Source of the DNA: Candidatus Bathyarchaeota archaeon
GTDB lineage: Archaea; Thermoproteota; Bathyarchaeia; Bathyarchaeales; Bathycorpusculaceae
Direction of reading: 5' to 3'
Assembly: GCA_963702095.1 (NCBI GenBank)
Contig: OY969706.1
Span: 1,696,001-1,760,000 of the forward strand
Length of the DNA: 64,000 nt
The notes beneath the pieces are model-generated. The model made no database searches. It saw only the letters and a list, made by a program, of their open reading frames with translations, and was not told where the DNA came from. This document shows positions 62,081 through 64,000 of this stretch, in pieces (position 1 is the stretch's first letter; every line of letters starts with the position of its first letter). A program made the position numbers and the translations under genes.

Positions 62081-63231
62081 TTGCTAAACGTAATTATGGG
62101 AAATGTCCGTAAGACTTTTGTTTATTTTCTCGCGATTTTCTTCTTGACTTCTCAATTTATAATACCCACCGTATTCGCGAAAGGGCAAACCATTGAAGGT
62201 GCTATCGTTATTAATGCCGATGGCTCAATAAGTCCCAACAATAATTCTATTCCCATCGAGAAGGTTAACAATACTTACTTATTTACGGGTGATATTTATG
62301 GCTCAATAGGCGTAGAATGCAATAATGTAGTGATTGATGGGAATGGATTTAGTATTAATCTTGAAACATCTACTTTAACAGATCAATTGAACTGGAGGTG
62401 GAATGGGTCAATTGGCTTGCATTTATGTCATGTCAATAATGTAACAATTACTAATTTAGTTATAAAAAATTTTCATGATGTCCCTTATGATGGTCTTGGG
62501 TTTGAAGGATATGGTATCTTTCTTGATAGCTCTACAAACGTAAGTATTTACGATAATACCATAACTGGTAATGACATAGGTGTTAAGATTAGGGGATCAA
62601 ACAACAACAATATTTACTGCAATTGTATTTCCAACAATTCGGGGATTAAAGGCGCGGGAATTTGGATAGGGGATTCGAGCAATTCCAATAGTGTTTTCAA
62701 TAATAGTTTATCTTCGAATGAAAATGGCGTTTTCATCATTAATTCAAACAATAACATCGTTTACTTTGATGACATAAGAAGCAATACACAAGTTGGTATT
62801 TGGGCCAATTCTGATGCAGAGCACAACATTTTTTACCTCAATAATTTTATGGGAAATTTGAAAAGTGCGCTAGTTTTAGGAACTACCGCTAATTCTTGGG
62901 ATAACGGTACGTTTGGCAATTACTGGAGTGATTATCAAATAAAATACCCTAAGGCCTGTCAAGCGACGGAAATGGAATAGCAGACATTCCTTATGAGATA
63001 GCGCTTGATGACATGGAACGTTCTCATGCAATAGCAAACTATAATGTCGACCATTACCCTTTGGCACAATCGATTAATATTAGCACTTCACCAATCACTA
63101 TTCCTGAGTTTCCAATACTGGCAATTCCGTTATTGCTTTTAGTTTTGTTACTCACCGGTATTGCGTTTAAGCATCGAATTTACGAGAAAAATAAAAGCAA
63201 GAAGCATCGTGAAAACTTTGATGCGTTTTAA
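62081..63231 (+). CDS. NosD-like right-handed beta-helix surface protein with PEF-CTERM-like tail; disrupted near 62960-63010
   Basis: GIxLxxSxNxxI repeats, WDNG..GNYWSDY, then DHYPL...IPEF-TM-basic tail in the next ORF. Confidence 0.8.
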
Positions 63232-63301
63232 TCGGAAGAAGAAAAAAGTGAATTTTTGAATGCCCTCGGAAAAGATTACTTCATAAAGAAAAAAGGGGGT
63301 G

Positions 63302-64000
63302 TTAATGTTTTCTTTTTTTAAGCGTAATCGTTAATCCTGCTAAAACTGCTGATGTTATGGTTATTCCTATGACGACTAGCGCAAGGTTTGCGTTTATTAC
63401 TTGAGGCTCTTGGTGCGGTAGTGATAGATTTGAAACTGCACTTGGTTGAATAGTTGTATTGGGCAGAATTTGTCCACTAGGTGTTTGACCAACGAAATTC
63501 CAGTAAGCAACTTGGCCGTTGTCTGCCCAGACGCCGATTTCAATGCCATCTGTGGAGTAGTATTCTTTGTCTGTTAGAAACTTTATATCATAAAGTGCAT
63601 AAGCTGTCATGTTGCCCCTTACCGAACCGATCAGAGTAACTAAAGGGTACTTCATGAATTGAATAGCAACATTTCCAACGCCTACTATCGATACAGAGGT
63701 TATATTCGTTGCTTGATTCCAAGCAGTATTTATTGCTTCATCTTTGTTGACCTTAAGTCTTGTATCGCCAACTTTGTAAAGGTTCGAGGTGTCTGAGAAA
63801 GCAGCCAAATCACCCGCTTTGTTAAACGAGATTATTAATCGATTGGGGTAATCAACACCGTTATAACTTGGTATAAAGAAAACATCTGTAGTCGGGTTGT
63901 TAATCTGAAGGTCTATTTTTAAGTTGTTTTTAGTGACTGAGAGTGAATTAGTGCCATTGTTATAGCTATTTACAGTATCTAACATTTCGTCCAATGAGGA
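63302..64000 (-). CDS. Secreted membrane-anchored protein, 5' end outside the window
   Basis: Open frame to the window edge; PepSY-like segment; TM plus KKRKH. Confidence 0.7.
   Translation of the reverse strand, partial: SSLDEMLDTVNSYNNGTNSLSVTKNNLKIDLQINNPTTDVFFIPSYNGVDYPNRLIISFNKAGDLAAFSDTSNLYKVGDTRLKVNKDEAINTAWNQATNITSVSIVGVGNVAIQFMKYPLVTLIGSVRGNMTAYALYDIKFLTDKEYYSTDGIEIGVWADNGQVAYWNFVGQTPSGQILPNTTIQPSAVSNLSLPHQEPQVINANLALVVIGITITSAVLAGLTITLKKRKH

Overview
Archaeal chromosomal window. The gene repertoire (EF-1alpha with GHVDNGKST, archaeal TrpRS/TgtA/TrmI, an eL22-like protein, many membrane-anchored beta-propeller and PEF-tailed surface proteins) suggests Bathyarchaeia; this is inference, not a database result. 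It holds about 60 CDS: tRNA modification/translation genes, rubrerythrin and Hcp, a polar amino-acid ABC transporter, Amt, a CheB-CheR-PAS histidine kinase, a GH2 beta-mannosidase, an ABC-2 exporter, a site-2 protease and many hypotheticals, plus one tRNA-Pro(CGG). About a dozen genes carry single frameshifts, which looks like long-read indel error. Most notable: (1) a translationally coupled three-gene operon (39828-41774, minus) of mutually related helix+beta-strand proteins, the first with a beta-pore-forming-toxin-like hairpin; (2) a dispersed ~190-230 bp intergenic repeat with conserved hairpins (four copies plus one collapsed copy); (3) two integrase-less ~1 kb islets bounded by decayed tRNA-Pro 3' ends; (4) a CBS4-HPF ribosome-hibernation-like gene divergent from an eL22-like gene. 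No CRISPR array, rRNA or transposase was seen.
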